The notes beneath the pieces were generated by a model. The model searched no databases, was not told where the DNA came from, and worked only from the letters and a program-made list of their open reading frames with translations. A program made the position numbers and the translations under genes. A stretch of 64,000 nt of DNA from an uncultured Fibrobacteraceae bacterium (lineage in GTDB: Bacteria; Krumholzibacteriota; Krumholzibacteriia; LZORAL124-64-63): the NCBI GenBank assembly GCA_964476155.1, contig CAYYYS010000013.1, forward strand, positions 910 to 64,909, given 5' to 3'. Below are positions 28,492 through 37,562 of this stretch, in pieces. Numbering within the stretch: position 1 is the stretch's first letter; each line of letters starts with the position of its first letter.

Positions 28492-29529
28492 TTACCAGGC
28501 GATTCGGGCCCCGGTCAAAAAGGTGGCCATCTGGGGTTCAGTCTCTGTAAGCCGCTGTATATTTGTGTGATATCGATATTCACCGATCCAGGCGATGTTG
28601 TGGGCCAAATCCAGACGTAGGCCGGCTCCCGTATTGTAACCCAGGAAACTGTCGTTCCAGTTGTAGTAGGCGAGTCCCGCCGAGATGAACGGCACGACCG
28701 GGCCGGTCAACAGATCCAGGTGTGCGACGCCGCCGGCGTGCCATACCGGGATCGAAGTGTCGGGTTCGGGCCAAGGCGCGTCGGGCCGATGCGCGGGACC
28801 GGTCATATAGCGGCCCATCTCGACACCGTACGAGAACAGCCTGTCCGTGTCGGCCAGCAGGCTCAGGCGCCAGGCGAAGTCGGTGTGGTCGTTGACGACG
28901 CCCATGTTGCGGGCCGCGCCGGCCAGGAGCGATACATGACCGATGTTGCTGTCCGGATTGGTAACATCGGGCTGATCCGTCGGTCGTTCCAGGTTCGCGC
29001 CCGGCACGGCGTAGACCAGTTCCCAGTCGGGCAAGGCAGAGCCCACGCTGGCGCCGACCAGTCCACCGCCCACGCCGCCGGCGATAATGCCCCCGATGGT
29101 CATGAGCAGGTAGGGCGCGTTGTCATCGCCCATGCTGTCCAGGACATAGGCCATCAGGCCCGAAAAGGCGCCGCCACTCACGGCGCCGAGCACCGCGCCC
29201 GCGAGCAGGCCCGCGCCGGTGGCGCGCTCACGTGTCCACATGGCCAGAATATCTTCACTGTGGAAGCCCGCCCGCTTGTCGTTGCGCAGCAGAAAAAGAC
29301 GATCACCATCCCAGCCGGCGAAGGCGCCGGTGACCGAGGCGTTGTCGGCCAGGGACAGTTGCACGGTCAGGCCCGGGGACAGGCGAGCGCAGGCCGTGTC
29401 GAGATCGATGGTGATGATCTCACGGCTGCCGGTCTCGGAACCGACGCCCCCGATCTCGTCCGGTGTCTGGGCGAAGGTCGTGTCGGCGGTCAGAATGAGC
29501 AGGGACAAGGTCGTTATCACAAGTCGCAT
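28492..29529 (-). CDS. Hypothetical exported protein with glycine-zipper segment and C-terminal beta-barrel-like region
   Basis: Signal peptide MRLVITTLSLLILTADTTFA; GxxxG repeats; PFISAGLAYY; terminal GARIAW. Confidence 0.6.
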   Translation of the reverse strand: MRLVITTLSLLILTADTTFAQTPDEIGGVGSETGSREIITIDLDTACARLSPGLTVQLSLADNASVTGAFAGWDGDRLFLLRNDKRAGFHSEDILAMWTRERATGAGLLAGAVLGAVSGGAFSGLMAYVLDSMGDDNAPYLLMTIGGIIAGGVGGGLVGASVGSALPDWELVYAVPGANLERPTDQPDVTNPDSNIGHVSLLAGAARNMGVVNDHTDFAWRLSLLADTDRLFSYGVEMGRYMTGPAHRPDAPWPEPDTSIPVWHAGGVAHLDLLTGPVVPFISAGLAYYNWNDSFLGYNTGAGLRLDLAHNIAWIGEYRYHTNIQRLTETEPQMATFLTGARIAW

Positions 29530-29594
29530 GTCGCTCGCTTTCCCGGGGTGGCGGGCCTTCAAAACCTGGGACGGCGTTCGGTTTCCAATGCGGA

Positions 29595-30524
29595 TCAGGC
29601 CGCAGAACCACCAAAGAGCTGCCGCAGTCGAGCGCGCCAGCCGTACCGCCGGGCGATCAGGTCGCGCAGGGCGGGGATGGCGGCCATACCGGCTTCGAAA
29701 CCCCGGTCGTAGCAGTCGTCGGCGCGGCGGAAGTCGGCCCAGTGGTAGGCCGAGACATCGGGGCTGATGACCAGGTCTGCTTCCTGCAGCACGTAGTCGT
29801 TCAGGCGGAGTTTCGCGAGGGTGTCGGCACGCATCATGATTTCCATGCCCGTATTCCACTCGGTTTTTTCGGGCTCGAACGCGGGCAGGTCCACGGCGAT
29901 CACGAAGTCGGCGCCCATCTCGCGGCAGGTGCGGATGGGGATGCGGAAGAGCACGCCGCCGTCCACGATGAACTTGCCTTCGCGCACGACCGGCGGGAAG
30001 ACGCCGGGGATGGCCGAGCTGGCATAGACGGCGTCGATGAGGTCCCCTTCACGATAGATGACTTTCTGGCCGCTGATCAGATCCACGGCCACTGCTGCGA
30101 AGGGGATTTTCAACGACGTGAAGTCGCGGGTGCGGAACATCTGTTCGAGGGGGTGGCGGAGCCTGGATTCGTCGGCCAGGGCGGGGCGCGTGAATGTCTT
30201 GATGGTCAGGAATTTCCGCATCACCGTGTCGTAGAGGCCCTGCATGAGGCTCAGTTGTTCTTCCTCGCCGCTGCCCTTGGCGATGAAGTGGGTCCAGGTC
30301 TCGAGAAACTCCGGGTCCTTGGCGAAGGCCGTGAGTCGATGCCATGTCTCCTCGGCTTCGCCGACCTCGGCGTAGAGACCACCCACCAGGGCACCCATGC
30401 TGCTGCCCGTGATGATCGACGGACACAGGCCGGAGTCTTCCAGGGCGGCCAGTACGCCCGCATGGGCGAGGCCGCGAGAGCCGCCGCTGCCCAGGGCGAT
30501 ACCGATAACGGGTTGATTGCTCAT
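29595..30524 (-). CDS. Patatin-like phospholipase
   Basis: GSGGSRG, GSSMG nucleophile, SSAIPG, VDGG. Confidence 0.92.
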   Translation of the reverse strand: MSNQPVIGIALGSGGSRGLAHAGVLAALEDSGLCPSIITGSSMGALVGGLYAEVGEAEETWHRLTAFAKDPEFLETWTHFIAKGSGEEEQLSLMQGLYDTVMRKFLTIKTFTRPALADESRLRHPLEQMFRTRDFTSLKIPFAAVAVDLISGQKVIYREGDLIDAVYASSAIPGVFPPVVREGKFIVDGGVLFRIPIRTCREMGADFVIAVDLPAFEPEKTEWNTGMEIMMRADTLAKLRLNDYVLQEADLVISPDVSAYHWADFRRADDCYDRGFEAGMAAIPALRDLIARRYGWRARLRQLFGGSAA

Positions 30525-30532
30525 CGTGTCTC

Positions 30533-31528
30533 CTACCAGTCGGAATCCAGATAACTCGCGGCCCAGCGGTCGGGATCGGCGGACAGGCCCGCCGCCTCGA
30601 GTCCGTTGACGAACATGGCGCCGTCGGCGCGGCGCTCGATCAGGCCCGCGGGCAGCTTGTCCTTTTGCAGAAAGCCGTCCAGCAGCCAGAAGTCGACGGC
30701 GTTGGTCAGGCCCTGGCGATGCAGGTGCCGCAGGAAAGTCGCCACGACAGCTTGGCTGGACTCATCGGTGCGGAACTCCACCACTTCCCAGGAATCGGTC
30801 AGGACCTTGCAGACCGCGTAGCCAACGGTGTGGTCGTCGCGACGGAACAGGAAGGCGCGCATGTCGTCGCGCGGGTTGTCGACGACGCGCCAGTTCATGA
30901 AGGCGGCGCTGCGCCCGCCGTGGATCCGATCGGCGGGTTGGAAGCGGTTCAGATCCTCGGTGAAGCGGTCGACGGGGATGATTTCCAGGTCCCTGGTCGC
31001 TCCGGAGAAGTATCGCGCCCGCACCAGACCCCACACCGGCGCCAGCAGACGCGACAGCAGCTCGCCACCGGTCATGCGGCGCAGGGCTTGGGCCGACAGC
31101 ACCGCCTTGAAGACGCGGAAGTTCGCGAACTGCAGCCAACCGGCGTTCAGCAGGGCTTTTTTGGAGCCGGCCAGCGCGGCGAAGCCGGTGCCGAAGCGCG
31201 GGCCGGACACGCCGTCGGGGGCGGTGTCGATGACGAAGGCCATGACGTCGTTGAACAGTCCCTTGCCGCGGATCGCCCGGCCCATCAATCCATCGACCGC
31301 CTGCACGGCGGTCAGGTCGCGTTCGCCGTCGCGGAACGGTTGGGCGAGTTGGCCGACGGTGCCGGCCAGTTCGCCGTCGTGGACCAGCTTATAGAGATGC
31401 GGGGCGCCGAAGGGATTGCGCAGGTGCTTCCAGTCGAACCAGGTCCGTTCCTTCAACGCAAAGTCGTACTCGCGGAACAGGTCCACCAGCTCGTCGAATT
31501 CGGTGGTTTCGGCGCGGACGATTTTCAA
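30533..31528 (-). CDS. GNAT-family N-acetyltransferase
   Basis: FDWKHLRNP, AVDGLMGRAIRGKGLF acyl-CoA loop, WAASYLDSD; TTG start. Confidence 0.75.
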   Translation of the reverse strand: MKIVRAETTEFDELVDLFREYDFALKERTWFDWKHLRNPFGAPHLYKLVHDGELAGTVGQLAQPFRDGERDLTAVQAVDGLMGRAIRGKGLFNDVMAFVIDTAPDGVSGPRFGTGFAALAGSKKALLNAGWLQFANFRVFKAVLSAQALRRMTGGELLSRLLAPVWGLVRARYFSGATRDLEIIPVDRFTEDLNRFQPADRIHGGRSAAFMNWRVVDNPRDDMRAFLFRRDDHTVGYAVCKVLTDSWEVVEFRTDESSQAVVATFLRHLHRQGLTNAVDFWLLDGFLQKDKLPAGLIERRADGAMFVNGLEAAGLSADPDRWAASYLDSDW

Positions 31529-31529
31529 G

Positions 31530-32519
31530 TCAACCCCTTATCAATATCCGGTTCAGCAAGTAACGCACCGTGGCCGTCGAATCGTATCCGCCCACGCCCA
31601 GGCGCGGCAGGGCCAAGGGTGCCGTGTCGGTGTGTGTCAGGCCCGAGAGCGTGGTGAAGGCACGTGTATAGCCGGCCGTCGCAACGTGCTCCAGGACGCG
31701 CTGGTCGTGGTCGCCGTTGGGATAGGCCAGATCGACCACCGGCGCGCCGGTCGTCTCCTCCAGTATTCGGCGGGGTTCGCGCAAGTTGTAGTCCAGTTGT
31801 TCGTCGTCGAGATAGGTGAGGATGCCGTGATCGTGGCCGTGGCCGCCGAAGGTGCACCAATCGCTGCCGGCCATCTCGCGGACCTCCTCGACGTTCAGGG
31901 GGCGGAAACGGGGGAGGTGTTCATCCAGGACGGCGGCGTGTGTCTCGCAGAGGTGGCCCAGGACCGCCGCGACATTCGGGTGATCGGCGTTGCCCGCCAT
32001 CTTGATCGTCACCAGCAGACGCTGGATGTCGTTCCAGCGTTGGTCGTCGTCGACGGGGTGGAAGCGATGGATGCTCAGACCGAAGTCGCGCAGGTCGAGC
32101 TCCGTCAAAGCGGTGGCCTGTATGGCGGTGACCACCACGTCGGTCCAGAAGATCCGTTGCTCGGCCATGTGGCGGGTGGACACGAAGAACAGCGCCGGGG
32201 CGCGGTGCTTGGCGAGCAGGGGGAGCGCCAGGCGGTGGTTGTTCACGTACCCGTCGTCGAAGGTAAGCAGGATGTTGAGCCGGTCGGGCGCGAGCCGCGA
32301 CGGATCTGCGAGAGCTTCGGGACCAACAAAGTGGCCGAGGTCGCCGAGCATGGTCAGTTGCGCGTCGAAGTTCGAGACGCTGACGCGCATCCAGTTGCCG
32401 AAGTCGGCGTTGTCGCGCAGGTCATGGTACATGAGCGTGAGAATGGTCGCAGGGCCGCGGCGGGACAGCAGCCGTGTCACCAGGGTGTTGCCGAGGCAGG
32501 ATTTGACGAACTTGCGCAT
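31530..32519 (-). CDS. Polysaccharide deacetylase (CE4/NodB)
   Basis: LMYH, LTFDDGY, HGHDH, LAYPNG. Confidence 0.9.
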   Translation of the reverse strand: MRKFVKSCLGNTLVTRLLSRRGPATILTLMYHDLRDNADFGNWMRVSVSNFDAQLTMLGDLGHFVGPEALADPSRLAPDRLNILLTFDDGYVNNHRLALPLLAKHRAPALFFVSTRHMAEQRIFWTDVVVTAIQATALTELDLRDFGLSIHRFHPVDDDQRWNDIQRLLVTIKMAGNADHPNVAAVLGHLCETHAAVLDEHLPRFRPLNVEEVREMAGSDWCTFGGHGHDHGILTYLDDEQLDYNLREPRRILEETTGAPVVDLAYPNGDHDQRVLEHVATAGYTRAFTTLSGLTHTDTAPLALPRLGVGGYDSTATVRYLLNRILIRG

Positions 32520-32625
32520 GCGGACGGGAGCTCCGGGTTCGGGTTCGGGGGATGGTAGCGCAGAGGTGGGGGATGGGCAATGTCGCTGTCGGGACGACTG
32601 TAAATGTCTTATAGCGCCTAGTTCA

Positions 32626-32634
32626 TGCTATAAT
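32626..32634 (+). promoter_or_regulatory. Extended -10 promoter element for the S8 peptidase gene
   Basis: TG-C-TATAAT in the divergent intergenic region. Confidence 0.5.
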
Positions 32635-32695
32635 AGAGTGTCGCCTCCCGTCGCGATTAAAAAACCACTCTTCCGTTTTTCCGGAGGCCTCCGTA

Positions 32696-35600
32696 ATGCA
32701 TCGTCATATCCGCTTATGTGCCGCCATGCTGTTCGTTCTCATGATCGGTCCGGCCCTGCCGGTCGCTGCCGCCGACCAGCCGACGGTCACTTCCTATCTC
32801 GAACGCGCCCTCGACGACGCAACCTATCCCCATCGCGACGATGCCGGCCGTCTGGCCGTATGGGTCTACTTCCGCGACAAGGGCCTTGACGGTGCGGCTC
32901 TGGGCGCCGCCCTGGACCAGGCCGAGACCGACCTGTCAGACCGCGCCGCCCGCCGGCGCGCCAAGATGAAAACGGTCAAGGGCGAGCGGCTGGTCGACAG
33001 CACCGACCTGCACGTACACCGTTCCTACATAGACGCCGTCGCGGCGACCGGCGCCCATCCGCGCCGCGAAAGCCGCTGGCTCAACGCGGCCAGCTTCGAC
33101 GCCACCTCCGCGCAGATTGCGGCCATCGCCACCCTGCCGCAGGTCATCAAGGTCGACCTGGTGAACATGTTCCGTCGCGACGAGATGGCCGTGTTACCCG
33201 AGGACGTGGCCGCCCGCGAGGCCCGCAACGCCGAACTGCGCGCCGCCAAGGCCACCGCCTGGACCGTCGACTACGGCGGCAACCTGGCCGCCATGGAGCA
33301 GGTCAACGTGCCGGCCCTGCACGACGAGGGCGTGACCGGCGAGGGCGTGCTGATCGGCATGCTCGACACGGGCTTCCGCACCTCGCATAACGCGCTGACG
33401 CCCATCCCGATCATCGCCGAGTGGGACTTCATCAACAACGACGGCGAGGTGGACAACGAGGCCGGCGATCCCAGCAACTCCAACGATCACGGCACCAAGA
33501 CCATGTCCACGGCCATGGGCTACGAGCCCGGTCAACACGTGGCGCCGGCCTTCGGTGCCTCGGTCGTGCTGGCCAAGACCGAGGACGTGTCCCAGGAGAT
33601 CCCCATCGAGGAGGACAACTGGGTTGCGGGCATCGAGTGGCTCGACACCTTCGGCATCGACGTGGCCAGCAGCTCGTTGGGCTACCTCGACTGGTTCACC
33701 TGGGCCGACATGGACGGCAACACCGCCGCCTGCACCATCGCCGCGGACCTGGCCGTGGGCAAAGGCATCGTGGTCTGCAACTCAGCCGGCAACGAACGCG
33801 GCTCGAGCTGGAACCACATCATCGCGCCCGCCGACGGCGACAGCGTGATCGCCGTGGGCGCGGTTACTTCCAGCGGCAGCTATTCCTACTTCTCTTCGCC
33901 CGGTCCGAGTTATGACGGGCGCATCAAGCCCGACGTCTGCGCCCTGGGTTCGAGCAACCACGTGGTGAGCTCCACCAGCGATACGGCCTACACGTCGGCT
34001 TCGGGCACGTCTTTCTCCTGTCCGCTGACCGCGGGCGTGGCCGCGCTGGTTCTTTCGCGCGTGCCGTCGCTGACCCCCATGCAGGTGCGCGACGCCCTGC
34101 GCGAGACCGCCTCGCAGGCGACGACGCCGAACAACGACTACGGCTGGGGCATTATCGACGCCCACGCCGCGGCCCATTATTTCGGCGCCAACATCGTCCA
34201 CGACTCCCTGTCCGACACCGAGGACACGACCGGCCCCTACACCGTGACCTGCACCATCACCGATCGGGTCGCCCTCGACACCGATCATCTTTTCCTCAAC
34301 TGGCGTATCGATGGTGGCGGGTGGTTCAGCGAGTTGCTGAGTTCCCTGGGCGGCGACGACTACGCGGCGTCGATTACCGGCCAACCCGCCGGCACCGACG
34401 TGGAGTACTACTTGTCGGCTCTCGACGCTTTGGCCATCACCTCGACCCTGCCCCTGGACGCTCCCGTGTCGGCCTTCGCCTTTCACGTGGGGCCCGACGT
34501 CTCCGCTCCCGTGGTCACGCACCAGCCCCTGGGCGATCTGCCTCTGTTGACCTGGCCGGGAACGCTGAACGTCACCGCCGTCGACAACATCGGTATCGCC
34601 TCTGTTGTCGTGTCCTTTGACCACAACGGTGTGCCCCAGCCCGATTTCCCCCTGGTCGACCAGGGCGACGACCTCTACCTGGCCGACATCCCGGTGCTGG
34701 TGGAGCAGGTGCAGGCCGGCGACACGTTCACCTATTCGATCCTGGTGACCGACATGGGCACGGTGCCCAACACCGTCACGGTCGGTCCCTTCTCCCTCAT
34801 CGTCATCGACGCCCTGGGCGTGGTCCTGGTGATCAACGACAGCGCCGGCAAGGGAGATCCCGAGCCCAAACTAGGCATCGACAAGAGGCCGCTGCCGGCG
34901 CCGACGAAGACCCAGAAGGCTCCGGCCAACGACATCGAACGCTGGCTGAACGAAACGGGCTACGTGGTCACGCTGGTGGACGCCGCGTCCCTCCAGGCCA
35001 CGGACTTCGACAACAAGCAGTTCGCCATACTCTCTTCCGGCGACAACCTCTCGCCCGTGGCCGGCGCCGGCCTGCGCACCCTGGTGCGCGATTGGGTCCT
35101 GGCCGGCGGCAAGTTGTTCATAGAAGGCGGCGAAACGGGCTACGATGCCGAGTCGTCGCCGGGCTATCCCGGTTTCGCGGCCGACGTGCTGCATGTGTCC
35201 GACTGGCGCAGCGACAGCGCGGGCGACCTGCAGGTCGTTGCGGGCATGGGCGGACATTCGTTGCTCAACACGCCCCACGTCGTCCCCGCAACCCTCGATA
35301 TTACTTATGGCAATTACGGCGATCAGGACGCCATGGATCCGTCCCTCGACGCCTACATGGTGATGGAGACGGCGAACTACACGGGCGCGGGTGGCATCAT
35401 CGTCTTCGACGACAATCCGGCGCCCCAGTCGGCCCAGGTCGTCAACTTCTGCTTCAACCTGGCGGCCGTGGCCGACACCACCGTGGCGCGGCATCTGGTC
35501 GAGAACGCGGCGGCTTTCCTGATGGCGTCCGAGGGCGTGCCGACCGCGTCGATATCCGGTATGGTCGCCATGCTGTCCGGCGACGTCGTCTTTCCTGTCG

Positions 35601-36490
35601 AAGGCGCACTCGTCAGCGCCGGCGCCGGCCTGGAGACGCTTACCAACCAGGACGGCTACTACATCCTGGATAATCTCTACTCCGGCACCTACCAGCTGGT
35701 CGCCAGCAAGGCGACCTACACGACCGTCACCGAGACGATCGAGGTCGGGGAGGGGGAAGCCGCCTACCTGGATTTCTGGCTCGATCCCACCACGACCGTC
35801 GAGTACACCGAGAGTACGCCGATCGCCATCCCGGACAGCGACGCGAACGGCATCACTTCGATCATCACTGTCGCGGAAACCAATGCTGTCTCGGCCGTGT
35901 CCGTGCCCATCGACATCACCCACACCTGGATCGGCGATCTGATCGCCGAGTTGACCTCGCCCCTGGGCACCACCGTGCGCCTGCACAATCGCACAGGCAG
36001 TTCGTCGGACGACATCCTCGGCATCTACGGCGACACTCTCGTTCCCGACGGACCGGGCGTCCTGCTCGACTTCACGGGCGAGAACCCGGCCGGCGACTGG
36101 ACCCTGTTCATCTCGGACAACGTCGGCTCGGATACCGGCACGCTCAACAGTTGGGGTCTCATCCTCGTTCTGCCCGACCCGAACACGGCTGTCGACGACG
36201 CCACGCCCCTGGTCACGCGCCTGCTGGGCAACACGCCCAACCCGTTCAATCCGCGCACGGTGATCGCCTTCGACCTGTCGCGGGCGACGGCACCACGCCT
36301 GTCCGTCTTCGACCTGCGCGGCCGCGAAGTGCGCCGCCTGCTCGACGGGCAGACCCTGACGGCCGGCCGACACCAGGTCGTATGGGACGGTCGCGACGGC
36401 ACGGGCCGCGCCCTGGCGAGCGGACTCTACCTGTATCGCTTCAGGGCCGATGGGGTGACCGAGGAAAGGAAGATGTTGCTGACGCGGTAG
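32696..36490 (+). CDS. Secreted S8 (subtilisin-like) serine peptidase with P-domain and FlgD/T9SS-like tail
   Basis: Triad LDTG, DHGT, GTSFSCP; P-domain DITHTWIGDL...GDWTLFISD; tail PNPFNP...VWDGRD...SGLY...RKMLLTR. Confidence 0.92.
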   Translation: MHRHIRLCAAMLFVLMIGPALPVAAADQPTVTSYLERALDDATYPHRDDAGRLAVWVYFRDKGLDGAALGAALDQAETDLSDRAARRRAKMKTVKGERLVDSTDLHVHRSYIDAVAATGAHPRRESRWLNAASFDATSAQIAAIATLPQVIKVDLVNMFRRDEMAVLPEDVAAREARNAELRAAKATAWTVDYGGNLAAMEQVNVPALHDEGVTGEGVLIGMLDTGFRTSHNALTPIPIIAEWDFINNDGEVDNEAGDPSNSNDHGTKTMSTAMGYEPGQHVAPAFGASVVLAKTEDVSQEIPIEEDNWVAGIEWLDTFGIDVASSSLGYLDWFTWADMDGNTAACTIAADLAVGKGIVVCNSAGNERGSSWNHIIAPADGDSVIAVGAVTSSGSYSYFSSPGPSYDGRIKPDVCALGSSNHVVSSTSDTAYTSASGTSFSCPLTAGVAALVLSRVPSLTPMQVRDALRETASQATTPNNDYGWGIIDAHAAAHYFGANIVHDSLSDTEDTTGPYTVTCTITDRVALDTDHLFLNWRIDGGGWFSELLSSLGGDDYAASITGQPAGTDVEYYLSALDALAITSTLPLDAPVSAFAFHVGPDVSAPVVTHQPLGDLPLLTWPGTLNVTAVDNIGIASVVVSFDHNGVPQPDFPLVDQGDDLYLADIPVLVEQVQAGDTFTYSILVTDMGTVPNTVTVGPFSLIVIDALGVVLVINDSAGKGDPEPKLGIDKRPLPAPTKTQKAPANDIERWLNETGYVVTLVDAASLQATDFDNKQFAILSSGDNLSPVAGAGLRTLVRDWVLAGGKLFIEGGETGYDAESSPGYPGFAADVLHVSDWRSDSAGDLQVVAGMGGHSLLNTPHVVPATLDITYGNYGDQDAMDPSLDAYMVMETANYTGAGGIIVFDDNPAPQSAQVVNFCFNLAAVADTTVARHLVENAAAFLMASEGVPTASISGMVAMLSGDVVFPVEGALVSAGAGLETLTNQDGYYILDNLYSGTYQLVASKATYTTVTETIEVGEGEAAYLDFWLDPTTTVEYTESTPIAIPDSDANGITSIITVAETNAVSAVSVPIDITHTWIGDLIAELTSPLGTTVRLHNRTGSSSDDILGIYGDTLVPDGPGVLLDFTGENPAGDWTLFISDNVGSDTGTLNSWGLILVLPDPNTAVDDATPLVTRLLGNTPNPFNPRTVIAFDLSRATAPRLSVFDLRGREVRRLLDGQTLTAGRHQVVWDGRDGTGRALASGLYLYRFRADGVTEERKMLLTR

Positions 36491-36651
36491 TGCTCTGTCA
36501 AACAGGAAATTGGGGGTTGGCGGGCTCACGAGCGGCCATCTGCGGCGTTGCACTCCCTTGAATTAGCTACGGCTAGTCCTGCGGTCGCGCGTCTTGCATC
36601 TGAGCACTCGTGAGCCCGCCAACCCCCAATTTCCTGTTTGACAGAACACTA
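36488..36651. mobile_element. 164-bp TA-flanked hairpin element (MITE-like), copy 2
   Basis: TA + GTGCTCTGTCAA ... TTGACAGAACAC + TA; about 43-bp stem with one mismatch; same length and core as 15596-15759. Confidence 0.75.
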
Positions 36652-36683
36652 GCGCCTCGCGACTGGTCCGAGTTGATATCCAG

Positions 36684-36711
36684 AAGCGCCGGGTCCCTGG
36701 ACCCGGCGCTT
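36684..36711. terminator. GC-rich hairpin between convergent S8 and mazF genes
   Basis: AAGCGCCGGGTCC-CT-GGACCCGGCGCTT; only short T runs. Confidence 0.4.
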
Positions 36712-36716
36712 GGTGG

Positions 36717-36792
36717 TTATCCACATCCACGGCCCCACGTGGGACCCCGTTTTTGATGTGGGGTGCTTGCCCACATCACCCAGGGGTGATGT
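36717..36792 (+). repeat. Intergenic repeat copy C (diverged)
   Basis: TTATCCACA 36717-36725, GGCCCCACGTGGGACC 36731-36746, TTTTTGATGTG, CCCACATCACC hairpin 36770-36792. Confidence 0.88.
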
Positions 36793-36814
36793 AGCCTGCT
36801 GATCATATGGTTGG

Positions 36815-37165
36815 TCAGATCGTCAGGGAGAGGGATTGGCGAAGACCCTGGTCGATTCGAGACATGGTTGTAGATGACAAGCGCTTGACTTTTTCTGTCA
36901 GACGACGCTTGTCGACCGTCATCAGTTGGGTGACGTTGGCGACGGATGGGCGCGGCAGTCCGCTTTCCCTGCGGTTGATGCGTATGTTGCCGGGTGCGTT
37001 TTCCCTGGACAGGTTGGTGGTCAGCACGACCAGGAAAACGGTACCCAAGCGGCTGAGATTGTAGGCGTCCGCCGAAACCACGACGGCTGGTCGACGGAAC
37101 CCGGGTTCCGAGCCGCTTGGTGTGGGTAGGTCCGCCCACCAGATTTCCCCCCGTTTTATTGCCAA
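36815..37165 (-). CDS. mazF: MazF/PemK-family toxin
   Basis: KRGEIWWADL, GSEPGFRRPAVVVS, SGLPRPSVANVTQLMTVDK; TTG start. Confidence 0.93.
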   Translation of the reverse strand: MAIKRGEIWWADLPTPSGSEPGFRRPAVVVSADAYNLSRLGTVFLVVLTTNLSRENAPGNIRINRRESGLPRPSVANVTQLMTVDKRRLTEKVKRLSSTTMSRIDQGLRQSLSLTI

Positions 37166-37401
37166 TCGTCCGGCTCCAATGCTTCAGCCTGGAGCGCAAT
37201 CCAGAATGGATCGAGCCTACTCGATTCCGGATCGTCCCCGTAGACACGGTTCAAAGCATCTGTAATCGCCTGTTGCCCCTCTCTTTCGAGGTAGGCCGCC
37301 ATGGCGCGCTGATAGAGCCTGCTGCGGCTGATGCCCAGGAGCTGCGCCAGCTGTTCGGCATCCTCGAAGAGGGTATCCGGTATGGAAATCGCAGTTTTCA
37401 T
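37156..37401 (-). CDS. Ribbon-helix-helix antitoxin (ChpI/MazE-like)
   Basis: MKTAISIPDTLF...GISRSRLY; upstream of and overlapping mazF. Confidence 0.88.
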   Translation of the reverse strand: MKTAISIPDTLFEDAEQLAQLLGISRSRLYQRAMAAYLEREGQQAITDALNRVYGDDPESSRLDPFWIALQAEALEPDDWQ

Positions 37402-37407
37402 GCCTAG

Positions 37408-37436
37408 AGTATAACTCAAGTTATACCTCCCGTCAA
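37408..37436 (-). promoter_or_regulatory. Toxin-antitoxin promoter with overlapping operator palindrome
   Basis: TTGACG, 17-bp spacer, TATACT on the minus strand; inverted repeat GTATAAC-N4-GTTATAC at 37409-37426. Confidence 0.75.
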
Positions 37437-37506
37437 TCCGTGTGGAGCCACACAAGCAAACCCCGTGCGTGAATCTTGCTCAGTCGTCTTTTGCTCGGTC
37501 CCCCCT

Positions 37507-37535
37507 TTGACCTCCCGCCCCGTTCCCGCTATTCT
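37507..37535 (+). promoter_or_regulatory. Sigma70-type promoter for radA
   Basis: TTGACC (37507-37512), 17-bp spacer, TATTCT (37530-37535). Confidence 0.6.
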
Positions 37536-37562
37536 CCCCGGACCCGAATGGAAAGGCGATTC

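Noticed and set aside
566-36792. CRISPR or other guide-RNA array from the repeats
   Set aside because: Copies are dispersed kilobases apart with no repeat-spacer periodicity and no cas or other effector gene.
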